From the NCBI RefSeq assembly GCF_048593235.1, contig NC_133618.1, positions 660,374,361 to 660,438,360 on the forward strand: a stretch of 64,000 bases of DNA, read 5' to 3'. Of this stretch, positions 25,456 through 38,700 are shown piece by piece. Each line of letters starts with the position of its first letter. The first letter of the stretch is position 1. The notes under the pieces were generated by a model that made no database searches, was not told the origin of the DNA, and saw only the letters and a program-made list of their open reading frames with translations. Both the position numbers and the translations under genes were made by a program. The stretch is from Sminthopsis crassicaudata (Eukaryota).

Positions 25456-28389
25456 AAGGGTATATTGCAGCTAGCTTGAAAAAAGCTCCATGAGTGCTGA
25501 TTATTAAATTCTCAGTGTAGCATTTACATCTCTGAAATTGGCAAACACTCTAAATCAGGGCTTGATGTATTGTTTTGTCGATTATCTAGACTTAAGAAAA
25601 TGATGGAGAAATGATCCAGAATAGTTATATAATTAATTCAGATTAATAATGCAGATTAAATTAGAGTGATCTTTGTGTACATCCCCCTTTCAGAGAGCCC
25701 ATTGTTAAACATTTATCAACTCACTTCTGTTTATATTATATGTGAATAAGTTCAGTTCCAAAAGTACATACTCTATAGCTTTGGAATATTTCTCCTAGGA
25801 CATTTTGTTTATAAGCTAATAAGATCTTGAATTCTAAGTTGCCAATAAAATAGATATTTAAATTGCTGTAATACCTTTTTAAAAAAAAAAAAAAAATAGA
25901 CATTTCAATTCCAGTAGTAATTTAAAGGCATTTAGTGGAACAACTAAATTCTCTCTCTTCATGGAAACCACAAATAAATTGCTATAGAAAGGTTTCTCTA
26001 AGTCTGTAAGCATATTTAAATAGAGCCTGTCAAATGTTACATTTTTTAAAAGTCTATTTGCTGCCAGTGATTGCAGCAAAACAGGGTCAATGAGGGGCAA
26101 ATTTTAAAAATCTATTCTAAGAAGCATACTATTTTTTTGCTCTGGGATGGCACATCATCTTGTGTGGGGGTAGAGAGAGGTCATAGAGAGAGGTCATAGA
26201 CAGAATGACCTAGTCCTCTGGCTCAGATGCCAGACTAGTCAATGTATACTGGGATACAGCTACTTTAGCATAGAGGAACCATCTTTCAGCAGGAGAAGTC
26301 TGGGAGTTAACATTAATCTGCTTACAAATGGCTTTAAGCTGTTTCCTTGATGAGTGTTTTGGAGTCTATTTTAGCTGAAAGGTAAATTTCTAATCATCTT
26401 AAATACCTATATACTATAAGAAAAACATATTCATCATTATAGCACTTAGTCACTTAAATAAAATCATCTTATATGGAAACAAAAGCAAAGATCCAGATAC
26501 AATAATACTGTTTGACTAATTAAGAAAAATTTAGTAATTTTGGGGAGACAGCAATAACATCAACACTTCCTTTTGTACATTTTCATCATATGCATATTAT
26601 GCTAAGTAAGGTAGCAAAGAAAGGAAGGATTAAGTTAGGCACAGATGGGCAAGGCTTATCGACTAGAAAGCTCTTTTAGGGTGGCTAACAGAACCTGGAA
26701 AATAAATAAGGTAAAGTAATAACTGTTCTGCTTGAGGGGTGAAAAAAAGAAAAGCCTCCAGCCCATGCTTATGGAATTAGCTTAGAACATATCTTTCTAA
26801 ACTTCTTGGGCATTATGGGAGGATGGCTTCAGTTTGTATTTCTGAAAATAAGATGCTTGTGGATGGGCTTTCTGTAGTCTATATAAACATAAGTGCCAAA
26901 TTTGTCATGTCCTTATTTTCTGATTTTATTTTTTCTCTCTTCTGAATCAGCTTTAGGTAAACATGTTCACTGTCAGGGGGCTTTCTCAGTACTTCACATG
27001 AGAAGTCAATCAATCTATTGAGAGAAATTATTAATAACCAATTATAAATATCAGGATCCATGTTTTTCCTCTTTTTTGCTTCCTCCTTCAAAGCCCAAAT
27101 CTCATAGGTCAAATCAGTTTCTGAATGACTGAAGTGAAATAGGCCTAACTTCAACTGGGAACATGCTGCTCAATCTTGGGAGCAATCCCACCCATTTTTT
27201 AGAATTTATTTCTGATAAAAATATAAAGAAAATTGAATCTAGCTGAATTACAATCCTAAAGCATTAGCCTTATATCTAGAAAACCAACACAATTCAATTT
27301 CAGTGGTTTGGATGAATTATTTTGTCTGGAATTAGGATAACTGAGTCACATTCTCAGCAGGAGGAACTGAAGACTTTTGGCTCACCTCCTCATTGTGTCC
27401 ATTCAGGGTTGATCTCTGCCTGTCAAGAGTACTTATTGGCTTTTCCAAAGCATTCCATGAAAATCCATGGTTTTTTGTCTTTGGTTAGTAAGAGAGACCA
27501 CTGACCATTAATTTATTGACTATTTGCTGGCCTAATTGGTAAATTAATTTTTAATTACCCAGACATTGTCTCCAGGCTCTTCATTTATCTTACCATCAAT
27601 AAACATTAATTTTAATAGTCTCTTATCTTTCCAAATACATATAAAGATAGTTTTCAGCATTTATTTTTAAAAAGCTTTGTGTTCCAAATTTTTCTCCCTC
27701 CCTCCCTTACCTTTCCCTCTGCAAAACAGTAAGCAATCTGATATAACTTAAATATGTACAATTATTTTAAATATATTTCCCTATTTGTCATGTCATGGAA
27801 GACAAATCAGAAAAAGGAAAAAAAAAAACAAAATCATGAGATCATAATAAATTAAAAAAAAAACAAGCAAACAAAAACAACAACAAAAAGGTGAAAATAA
27901 TTATACTTCAATCTCCATAGAGCTCCTCTTTATGGATGTGGATGGTATTTTCCATCCCAAGTCTTCAATAAACATTTATTAAACACATACTATGTATCAG
28001 GCATTGTGCTAACCTCTATAGATACAAAAAGAGGCAAAAGACAGTCTGTGTACTTCTTGTAGAACCTCACCATCTAATGGGGGGAAAATACTATGAAAAC
28101 AAAAATATACAAACCAAGCTAGATACAGGATGAATAAAAAAATAATTAAAACAGAGAAGGTGCCAGAATTAAGAGAGATTGGAATTTGTAAATAAATAGA
28201 ATTTTAGTTGGGACTTAAAGAAAACCAGGGAAGTTAGTAGGTAGAATTGAGGAGGAAGAATATTCTGAGCATTAAGAAAATTTTGAGCTGAGAGGGAACA
28301 GTAAGGAGAATCAGTGTCCTTGGAATGAAGAAGAAAATAAGTTGTAAAGATAAAGGAAAGGTAGGAGGGGCTAAATTATGAATGTCTTT

Positions 28390-28970
28390 TGATGTGAACC
28401 ATCTTCCCTGATCAGCCCATCTGGCTATCATCTGATATAACCAATTCCCAGAGTATCCTGTTGGTATAGAGAGATTGTGAGAATGGAACTCTTTTGTCTA
28501 TTGCTCAAATGTCTGTGCATCTTTAAATAACTTTTGAGATACCGATTACCATATCTTTAGACAGGTTGGGATCTGGTCTGCCAGGTACTTTCCATCTGAC
28601 CCTCCTTTTGAGTTCCCTGGCCTTTTCTCTCCTGCCTTTATACCTTGGAAACTCCAAACACTATATTTCCCCCTATAAAAGATGTTTATGAAGAAGTTCT
28701 TTGCTAAGTTCTTTTCAGGACTAAGCCCACTATGAGGTACTCTCTCTCCCTTATTGTACCTTCCCTTTTAATGGTGCCTTTCTTCTTATTCTAGTTAACT
28801 CTGGTTAGTCTAACTATATGCTCTCCCAACTCTATTTCATATTTGTCATTCTATTTTATCTTTTATGTTTGTCTGTAACCTCTTCTCCTAAATAAATATT
28901 CCTTTTAGCAAAGAGAATGGCCACTGTAAATATGACACATGTTTATGGAGCTGCTAGTCTGACCTCATCA
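28390..28970 (+). mobile_element. Solo LTR, sister of 14965-15961
   Basis: TGATG...CATCA ends; near-TSD tcttt/gcttt. Confidence 0.85.
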
Positions 28971-29997
28971 GCTTTGAATGCCAAAAATAACATTTTGTAT
29001 TTGATACTGGAATCAGTAGGAAGCTACTGGAGTTGGGGATGGAGAGGGAGTGACATTAAATGGACCGGTGCTTTAGGAAAATATTTTAGTTACTGAATGA
29101 AGATGGATGTATTGGAGTGAAAAGATTCTTGAGGCAGGCAGACCCACTAGCAGGCTATTGCAATAGTCCAGGCATGAATCAGTGGAGCAGCAAGTGTCAG
29201 AGGAGAAAAGTAAGGTATATTGGAGACATGTTTCAGGCCTTGGATTTGATAAGGGGAGAGAGAAGAACGGAGTGAGAGATAGTGAGAAATCTAGAATGAT
29301 TTCAAGGTTGTGATCAGAGGGAGGATAGTGTTACCCTCCGTGGCAATGGGGAAAATGGGGTAGAGGAGGATTTAGGGGAAAACATAATAAATTCTATTTT
29401 GGACATATTTACTTTGACTTATATTGGACATACAGTTCAAGATGTCTAAAAGGAAATTGGAGATATGAGATTGCAGGTGAGTGGAATGAGGTAACTGTTA
29501 AAGTTTTCTCACACATAATCTGGTTTGGGTAGAACATAAGATGGAAAAAGTGCTCCAAAATTTAGCTAGACTGACTTGAACCTTGACAGACAGGCCTAAA
29601 TTTCATATTCCTGTAAATCATGTGATTTAGGGAAATAGCAGAATCCCTTCTCTCTTTCCTTGTTCTACTAATAACCATCTTAATATTAGCACTACCATAT
29701 AAGATAACTATGATTTCTGTATTAGGATTGGGTAAGGGATGTTTCCTTGTTAATGGCTAGAGTATGAGGTCATCCAATCAGAGTGGAGGTCCAGTTCTTG
29801 GGGTATTTCTTAAGACTTGGTTATGTTAGGATATATAACCAACTGCTTGCCTTCTGTACCCTGCCTCTCATTGCTGCCAATCTGCCCTGGTGGTGGGAGA
29901 TGCTCAACTCTCACAAGACTTGATCAAATAAACACTTCTGTTTTCTATTGAGAAACCTCTATCTTTAATTGAGTTTGTTGCTCTTCTGTCCCACATC

Positions 29998-30015
29998 CAG
30001 GGGCTCATCCAGGAT
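29998..30015 (+). other. Degenerate tRNA-Pro primer-binding site
   Basis: CAGGGGCTCATCCAGGAT versus PBS-Pro TGGGGGCTCGTCCGGGAT: 14/18 match, with two mismatches being CpG-type G>A; starts 2 nt after the LTR end. Confidence 0.75.
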
Positions 30016-30465
30016 TTCCCTTTGGTTGAGGGACAGAGAAAGGGGTCCAGCACACACCCAGATTTTATTAGGGGATAGTTTCTGATGGAAACTTTCTTTT
30101 GAAGATTTTTTTTTTGATGGAAACTTTTCTTTCTGATGATTCTTCCTGATCGAAGGAAAAATTCTGAAAAGAGGGACTCAAAGAGACAGAAGCGGAGATA
30201 AAGCTCCAACAAATCAAAATGAAAGTAAGAAAAGTCCAGCCAGTCAATAAGGAGGAGTCATGCAAAATATACATGTATAACCTGGAGGTATGCTACCAGA
30301 AGTCTGGAAGTAATTTGTTGAATCTAGGGGTTTAGACTCAGGGAATGCAGTGACAGATCCCAACTAAATTAAGGTGGAACCTCAACACAAGGGAACGTTT
30401 CATGGATGATGTGAAGGGAGTGGATAACCCTCCCTATTCTGAACTTGGAGAGTGTGGTGATAGTC

Positions 30466-31571
30466 TTTTTTTTTTTAAATAATTTTTATTTACCAGATAT
30501 ATGCATGGGTAATTTTACAATATTGACAATTGCCAAATCTTTTGTTCTAATTTTTCCCCTCCTTCCCCCCCCCTCAGATGGCAGGTTGACCAATACATGT
30601 TAAATATGTTACAGTATAAGTTAAATACAATATATGTATACATATCCAAACAGTTGTTTTGCTGTACAAAAAGAATCGGACTTTGAAATAGTGTACAATT
30701 AGCCTGTGAAGGAAATCCAAAATGCAGGCAGACAAAATTAGAGGGATTGAGAATTCTATGTAGTGGTTCATAGTCCTCTCCCAGAGTTCTTTTGCTGGGT
30801 GTATGTAGCTGGTTCAGTTCATTACTGCTCTATTGGAACTGATTTGGTTCATCTCATTGTTGAAAATGGCCACGTCCATCAGAATTGATCATCATATAGT
30901 ATTATTGTTGAAGTATACAACGATCTCCTGATCCTGCTCATTTCACTCAGCATTAGTTCATGTAAATCTTTCCAGGCCTTTCTGAAATCATTCTGTTGGT
31001 CATTTCTTACAGAACAATATTCATATGCCACAATTTATTCAGCCAATCTCCAATTGATGGGCATCCACATAGTTTCTAGTTTCTGGACACTACAAAGAGG
31101 GCTGCCCATTCTTGAACATACAGGTCCCTGTCCCTTCTTTAAGATCTCTTTGGGATATAAGCCCAGTAATAACACTGCTGGGTCAAAGGGTATGCACAGT
31201 TTGATAACTTTTTGAGTATAGTTCCAAATTGCTCTCCAGAATGGCTGGATGTATTCACAATTCCACCAACAATGCATCAGTGTCCCTGTTTTCCCACATC
31301 CCCTCCAACATTCTGCATTATCTTTCCCTGTCATTCTAGCCAATCTGACAGGTGTGTAGTGGTATCTCAGAGTTGTCTTAATTTGCATTTCTCTAATTAA
31401 TAATGACTTGGAGCATCTTTTCATATGACTAGAAATAGTTTCAATTTCTTCATCTGAGAATTGCCTGTTCATATCCTTTGACCATTTATCAATTGGAGAT
31501 TGGCTTGATTTCTTATAAATTAGAGTCAATTCTCTATATATTTTGGAAAGAGGCCTTTATGAGAACCTTTG
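30466..31571 (-). mobile_element. L1 3' fragment (ORF2 CCHC domain plus 3' UTR) inserted in the ERV leader
   Basis: ORF 31035-31529 DKWSKDMNRQFS...CWRGCGKTGTLMHCWW; poly-T; near-TSD gatagtctt/gacagtctt. Confidence 0.9.
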
Positions 31572-32533
31572 GACAGTCTTTATAAATTATGGGGAAAGAG
31601 CAGTCTAAACCAGTGCTATTAAAGCACAAATGTGAGGTGCTTGTAGATAGTCCATTAGGCAATCAATTGCAAAATTGGAAAGAACTGCCAAAATACAAAG
31701 GAAAGATAGGAAAAAGATGATCAAATATTTTTGCCTTGTTTAGGGTAGAATGGATATCAGAGGGGGCACTATATGCCCAAAATTCAGCTCTTCTGAGGAC
31801 TGGGTATGCCCCAAACTAATTTTATATGTAAGTGGCAAACAGCCCTTTAATCAGAAAGAAAATTCTTCTGTGGTACTTTGGATGCTGCAAGTATAGCAAA
31901 TGATAGTAAGAGAAAAGGAGGAAGAGAAGGAACCTAAACTTCACCCTTGAGATCTTCTCAATCTTCCCCTTATGCTTTACCTCACCTCCTCTGAGAGCCA
32001 TGGCAAATGCCCCTCCCAACTTGAGGGAGCAGAAGGATCTAATCTTATCAATCTACAAGAATCCCCTCATGGCTCCCTTAGGAGAGAATTGAGATAGCTC
32101 TTTAAGGACCAAAAAAATGTACCCCTAGAACTAAAGAAACCTGGCATGCCTCCTCTGAGAGAGGTGCTACTAGCACAGGAGGGACTAGGGTTTGTGAATG
32201 CTCCCTTGACTGATTTCCTTTTAAAAAGGAAATGAAAAGTCTAATGGAGGATCCTAGTAGTCTCAGAGCAGCTAGACCACTTCCTCAGCCCTAACATCTA
32301 TACATGGCTTGAGTTGATGTTTAAACTAAATGGATTATTCTCTCTCAAAGAAAGAGGGATGGATTGTTTTCTCTAGAAGAAAGAGGGATGATTAGGAGAG
32401 TTGCAAAGGTGGAGTGGAAATGCAGACATCCATCAGTAGAAATTAGGAAGTTCTTGGGATTAGTGGGATAAGGTAAAAATTGGATTGACTCATATACTGC
32501 CCTTACCCAACCTATATATAGGTATTTGTTAGG

Positions 32534-32573
<40 letters not shown>

Positions 32574-35500
32574 CCAGACAAAATTGAATGGGACTTTGAA
32601 GGAGAGAAAGGGTTCAGAAATTAAAAGTGTTCATTACCTCTCCTGTGCTGAACCTCCCATCATTAGAAAAACCTTTCCATCTGTTTGTAAATGTAGATAA
32701 GGACTTAGCCTTATTTGCTTGCCAAAATAAGAAGAGGCCAGAAAAAGCCAGTGGCTGTCCTCTCCAAGATTCTAGACCCCAGGTGATAGTCAACTTGTGT
32801 TCAAGCTGTGGCAACTATGGCAACAATGGTGAAAGGAAATTATGGGAAGAAAAGGGAATGATAAATAGTAAAGGGACAGAGCTGGCCCATGTTACTCTGA
32901 TCTCCCAAGAGGTAGAAAACCTGAAACTACCAGAAAATATATAAATAATCCACGTGAATGGTCATCAGACTGGACAGTCCTTTGAAGCCAGGGGCAACTG
33001 CCTTGCTGATGAGGAAGCAAAGAGAAAGAGAGCTATAGAATCTGAACAGCCCAGTTGTTTATTGGTTCTAATTCCTCTTCCTCTGAGTCTTCCTTCCCCA
33101 TCTCTTACAACAGAAGAGCAGCAAAAAGATTTATCCTTGCGAGCACAGGAACAAGGCAGCCAATGATATCTCCCAGATGACAGAGAGGTACTGACCAAAT
33201 CAGGTATGAGACAGGTCATTCAACATCTGTATCAGGGCAGCCACTGGGATGTCCAGAACCCGTGTGATGCCGTTCTTACCTGTCTATGTATGACCTGGCC
33301 TTTACAGCTGGTAGATGGTTGTCTTGTATGTCAAAGGACGAACAAGATTGCCAAACCCCAAATCAGGCCTCCACCCCTTTCAGAATATACAGGTGGACTT
33401 TACCCAGGAGCTCCCCAAAAACCATCTAACATATCTGTTGATCATAGTGGACCATCTGACTACTTGGATAGAGGCTTTCCTTCTGCCCGGGGCCACTGCT
33501 CTCATGGTATGCAAAATTCTGCTGGAACAAATAGTCCCACGGTATGAGATGGTGAAACAGATTGATTTAGACCAAGGAATCCATTTTATGGGTAAGACTC
33601 TGCAAATCCTTGGATATTACCTGGGAGTTTCATACTCCTTGGTATCCTCCCTCATCAGGTAAGGTGGGTGGAGAGAATGACCCAGGAGATTAAGAAACAG
33701 CTCACTAAATTAATGCTAAAAACCCAATTACCCTGGACCAAGTGTCTCCCTCTGGCTCTTCATAAGATACATACAAAGCCCCAGAGATATGAGATTATCT
33801 TCTTGTGAACCTCTTTTTAGTCACTCCTACCTAGGGAGAGGCAAGAGTTGGGATCCTATGTATGAACAGAAAGACAGGCTTTTAAGAGAATATGTATCTA
33901 CTTTGGCAAAACACTTTCATATTTTGCAGACTAAAAGGTTAATTGCTCAGACCCTACTCTTGAGTTTCATTGTGCACAAATGCCAGGCAAGAGATTCGAT
34001 CCTGATCCAGATTGGTTGGGTACATGAGCCCATCTGTAAGACTGTTGATCTTAGTGTTGCAATTCCCTTCTTGTTTTTAGTTGTATTTGTCTTAATATCT
34101 CCACCTGTCTTTCCACTACCTTGAATAGTTATTTTATTTGTAACCCAAAGTGTAACACCATGGGGATACCCTTGACTGTTTTGTGAGCACTGGTTCCAGA
34201 TGAGCCACCATCTTCAAGCTCACCAGCTGCTGGATTTGTGGAAGACCTCAGCCACTCTAGTCATGGCTGTAGGTTCTAATTCCTTTGAAACCAGAATGGC
34301 TTCTTAGTAACTGGTCATTAGTTTATAATGGAATGGGATTCTGGGAACCTCAGGAAGAGTATACTGGGCCCTTGCTGAGAAGAGGGAACTAAAAACAGAA
34401 GAAGAAGGAACTTTGCTGGGGGAAAATGAGTGTAAGTGAACTTACTCCCTTCAAGTAGTATATGAAAAGACAAATTGTACTAAGACTGTGGGGAAATGGA
34501 ATGCTACTTATATTCAATGCAAGGGCACTTGAGCAGCGTGCCACAATGGGAAGATGAACCAAACTAATTATGAGTACCTATTGGTGGGGGACATCCAAAA
34601 TTTAAAAGGTATAAAGGATCCCATAGTATAGCTGTTTGTAAGGAATAAATGTACCATGTCTTTGAGGCTCCCATTTTATGTATGGGCTTGGTACAACCAG
34701 ATCCAGTTTCCACTTTCTAGAGTGTCATCCACAGAAGGGAACCTTATATAAAAGAGTGCCTATGGAGAGGAGATCAATTATGGAGTGTCAATACATCAAA
34801 ACCAAAGAAGTGGAGTACCTGGGTGGCCCCTTGGGAGACCGGGACATGCAATCTCCAATTGAACTCATATTTCCTCCCAGATAGAGCCAGCTTTAAAAGA
34901 TTACTATTGGATTTGTGGCCTAACCACTTAAACCCCCCCCTTCCTATGAATTGGACCAGTGGTTGTTATGTTGGTTTGGTGAGACCTAAATTCTTTTTTC
35001 TACTTGCACAGGAAGGCAAGTATTTAGAAATCCAGTTACATGACAATCCTAACAAGGAAGAGGATAGACATTTCCATTACCCAAATGGGAAATGCAAATG
35101 AGTGGGGAGACTCTTGGCCCCCCTGAGAGGATCATAAGGATCATGAGCACAAGATGGAAATTGATATATTTATATATAATATATAATAATTCATATATAC
35201 ATATGTTAAATAGAATAATCAGGTTACAGGCTGTAGTAGAAACTATTACTAATTATTACTAATTCCTGCCCCACTTTAGCACTCCTCCATCTTTGTGAGT
35301 CCATGCTGCCAAGTGCTCCCAAATCTAATCTATAGTTATATAAGTGACTCTCTGTGCCTCTCCTCTCTCCCTATTCTCTCCCCTTCAGTTATCCCCTTCC
35401 CCACAATGTCAGCTTCTGCTTTCCCTACCTCTCTATTCCCCTTTCCACACTGCTTTTTGTACTTTCTCTGTGTTCATCCCTGTACCCTCTGTGCCTTATT

Positions 35501-36033
35501 AGTGTGATTTTTCAATCTTATTATCTGTTACTATCCTGCTCTTAACCATTGAGTACTCAAAAACCAGGCATGCTTATCTCATTTCATAATTCTATAAATT
35601 AATTGTCAATAAAAGCTGAATAGAGGTCCTAAAGAATGAGGATTAAAAAAGATAATTTTATATAGCAACCAAAAAATCATGGTAGTTTTAAAGAAAGCTG
35701 TTTCAGTGGAATATTAGGATTGGAAACAAAAAATGAGAGGAGAGAAAATGGCTCTTTTAAATGATTTTTTTTTTTTTTGAGGATTTTAGCTACAAAGAAC
35801 AGAAGAGATGTGGGACTATAGTTAGCAGGGAAGAAAAGAATAAAGTAAATTTTGGTGTTTTTTTCCAGAATGGGGGAAACATGAATATGTTTATAGGCAG
35901 TAAGAGATGAGCCATTAGCTATGGAAAGATTAAAAAAAAAAAAAAACAAGAGAATGGAGATGAGAGAATGGGACATCTGTTGGAGAAGACAGGATGGCTG
36001 GGATAACTTGAACAGGTAGAATGGTTATCCTTG

Positions 36034-36700
36034 TGTGAGAAATGCTGAAAAGTTGCATTTCCATAGTGTTACAAGCTTTGAGGTAGTGTGGGATAGTGGG
36101 TACCACTGACCAAGAGGTTTTCAGAATGTGAAAGGTTAAGGAAGGTTAGGATTCAAGTGATCAATAGAAGCCTTGAACAAACAAGGAACTGGGGGACTAG
36201 GAAGGCACAAGTGGATTTAGCCAATCAGAAAGACTCTTGTGGTTTTGAGAAAACTACAAACTTAAGATAATAGTCCATCCAGCCCAAACTAGTTGGGGTC
36301 AATGACAAGACTTGACCAAATCACTACTGCGACTGCTTAATAGGCTAATTGAATATTAAACAACATACCCCAGAGGAGAAGTTTTCTACCATTTTTGAAC
36401 ATGGGATGTATGATGAGGTGGGGGGTTGGGGGCACATGTTTTATACATATTAAGGGGAAACATGTAGTATGTACAGCAGAAAGACTGTAACCCAGGTAAA
36501 ATGGACCAATCTGCTTTTTGAAGGGAGGGGCTGCGCCACACTAGCAGAATAAAGGTTCCCCCGTTTCTGTACTCAGGGCTCCCTCTTTCCAACAAGGAAT
36601 GGGGCCTACTTCTGGCCAGAAATGTTAAGACTATTACTTAAAATTCTTCTTTAACAAATTTTCTTTGATGTCTGATTTTCAGTATCAAGAATGTTATTTC
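36034..36700 (+). mobile_element. Solo LTR
   Basis: Inverted homolog of 18172-18832. Confidence 0.85.
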
Positions 36701-36855
36701 TAACCCTTAGTAAAAAAGTAAAGCTACCATCTTATGAATCAAGAGTCAAGATTATATAGCAAAAAGCATCTGAAAGGAAATAAGGAAGCTCATCAAAAAT
36801 AGCCACCAAGTTTTTTCTGGTAGAATATGATGTAAGGATATGATACATTTCACAT

Positions 36856-37421
36856 TGTTATGCCACAGTTTCCTTTAATTGTCCTGCCTCAGTTTCCCTA
36901 AATTGTTCTGCCTCAGTTTTCCTTAACTGTTCTACTTTAGTTTCCTTGAATTGTTCTGCCTCAATCCCCTTGGTTGCAACCCCCTTCCTGACCATTAGAA
37001 CTGATATAAATTAGGACAAAGATAGACCATTAGCATTCTATAGAGCCATAAATTGTAGATAGGTTATTTAGAGATAAGTAAGCATATCTCCTATATTCAG
37101 ACATTCTGGCTCCTAGGGAAGTTATCAAGAATTTATGGTCCTTATCTTCAACCTGTCAGAATCAAATTTATGGTCTGTTCCTGAAAATTCCCATTCACCA
37201 GTGCCTTACTTCCCCCCTCCCCTTTGTCTTTCTTGATCGCTGGAATACTATAAAAATCCCTAGAATTCTTCACTTGTTGCTGAATACTGTGAGACTTGAG
37301 TCCCATTCAGTCTACGGAGGTCAACATGGATCCTGTTTTGGCCCCAGACAATTTCTTGCTCTCAAATGAAATATTAAAAACTCTCTGATTTCTATCATGC
37401 CTCAGTTTCTCCGGCATTACA
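36856..37421 (+). mobile_element. Solo LTR (ERV1-like) with 5' tandem repeats
   Basis: TGTTATG...ATTACA ends with 4-bp TSD ACAT; TATA-like motif; gcctcagtttccctaaattgttct repeats. Confidence 0.88.
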
Positions 37422-38019
37422 ACATCAGTGACAATGAAGAATCAGAAAATGAAGTATCCACATACCAAGTGGTGGAGAGCAATTCACAATGTAAGGTACT
37501 CACATGAGACATTTATCACAGCTACAAAGGATGCCATTTATTTTGTGAATTGGTGATGAGGTCTTCAATGTAATTGTAGTTAGCAAAGGAATCGATAAAA
37601 ATTAATCCCTGAGGCAGGCAGGGAGAAGGCATTGATAGAGATCAATTTAGCTCTGTGTCCCACCTCTGGGGAATCATCTATTCTCCAATCCAAGTTATGT
37701 CAGACCCCTGAAACCTATTCTTGGTAGAGGTCTCAAGCAGTCTTACCTTGATATGTCCTGTCAGAAATCCTAGTCATGTCCCTGAGGTTAAATTTTCCCA
37801 ATACAATCTACTTATGGGCCATCCCATGGCTGCTACTTTCCTTTGGGTCAGTCCTTTATAGCATTCTACCTCAAAGTGTCTTTCCCTTTCCCCTTTACCC
37901 CATGCATGTGTTTTTGTTTTTTTTCTCCTAAGTCCTCTATGGCTCTCAACCCCACTTTTCCTTACAGCTAACTCTTTTAGGGTGCTAAGTCCCTTTCCCA
38001 CAACCTCCCTTTCTACTGG

Positions 38020-38700
38020 TATGGTGCCACAGTTTCCTTTTATTATTCTGCTCAGTTTTCCTAAATTGTTCTGCCTCAATTTCCCTAAATTGTTCTGCCT
38101 CAGTTCCTTGTTCTGCCTCAACCCACCTGATTGCAACCCTCCCCCCTTCCTGACTATTAGGGCTGATATAACTTAGGGCTGGCTACCCTAGGGTCATAAA
38201 CTGTAAATGTTTAATCTCAGATAAGGGAAGATCTTCCTAAATCCTCCTAAGTTATCAAGAATTTTGGTCCTACCCCCAACCTATCAGAACTGAATTGATG
38301 ATCCCTTTCTGGAAATTCCCTCACACTCACCAGTGTTCAGACTCCACTCCTTGCCTCTGTCTCCCCTGATCTATAGAGCCATATGAAAATCATTGGAATC
38401 TCACATTTGATGCTGATTTCTTGGAGATGAAAATCCAATTCAGCCTTGGGGGAACAAATGGATTCTGATCTGTCCTCCAGAAAATCTCTCCCTTGTGGAC
38501 TAGGAATGAAATAAATTGGAGGCAGAGGGAATGGGAGAGAGGTCAGACAACACTATAGCCTCTCAGTGGAGAGGTTAAAAAACAGCAACTGCTTCTCAGT
38601 CTCCTTGTATTATTGTCATCCTTTCATATGAAGAGATCCATTGTACAGGTCTGAGACCACTAGCAGCCACTGGGAGCCAATGGCAGATGGCTCCTATATC
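38020..38700 (+). mobile_element. LTR related to 36856
   Basis: Shares the 5' tandem repeats and U3 (attagggctgatataac...gttatcaagaatt); the 3' half diverges. Confidence 0.75.

Larger units (their letters stand above)
29496..35260 (+). mobile_element. Class I endogenous retrovirus remnant (HERV-I/IP-like): 5' LTR, PBS, gag, deleted pol, env; no 3' LTR found
   Basis: LTR 29496-29995 (TG..CA, CCAAT, TATA, AATAAA). gag ATG at 31589 (MGKEQSK) with PLREV..GLGFVNAPLT and EQLDHFLSPNIYTW relics. RT relic EIRKFLGLVG; LPSLEKPFHLFVNVDK; RNase H GHQ..SFEARGNCLADEEAK; integrase HW..CxxC and PFQNIQVDFT..YLLIIVDHLTTWIEAF. env relics YYWICG, WPPERII and YMLNRIIRLQAVVETITN. Confidence 0.9.
27960..36030 (-). 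mobile_element. Ancient L2 LINE interrupted by a solo LTR and a provirus
   Basis: Reverse-complement L2 3' end (aataaacatttattaaacacatactatgtatcaggcattgtgctaa) at 27965; L2-like sequence resumes at 28971 and ~35610. Confidence 0.7.

Noticed and set aside
26879-27154. 91-aa - strand ORF
   Set aside because: No ATG start, AT-rich, no recognised homology; this length is plausible by chance
14965-28970. Two homologous same-strand LTRs as the ends of one provirus
   Set aside because: Each has its own different TSD, and the intervening DNA is L2/L1/SINE rather than gag-pol-env
34150-35260. Domesticated env (syncytin-like) gene
   Set aside because: Multiple stops and frameshifts, truncated before the transmembrane region
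36870-36965. CRISPR-like or novel repeat array (also at 38030-38120 and 19320-19396)
   Set aside because: Degenerate ~22-bp tandem units without unique spacers, forming part of LTR U3 regions
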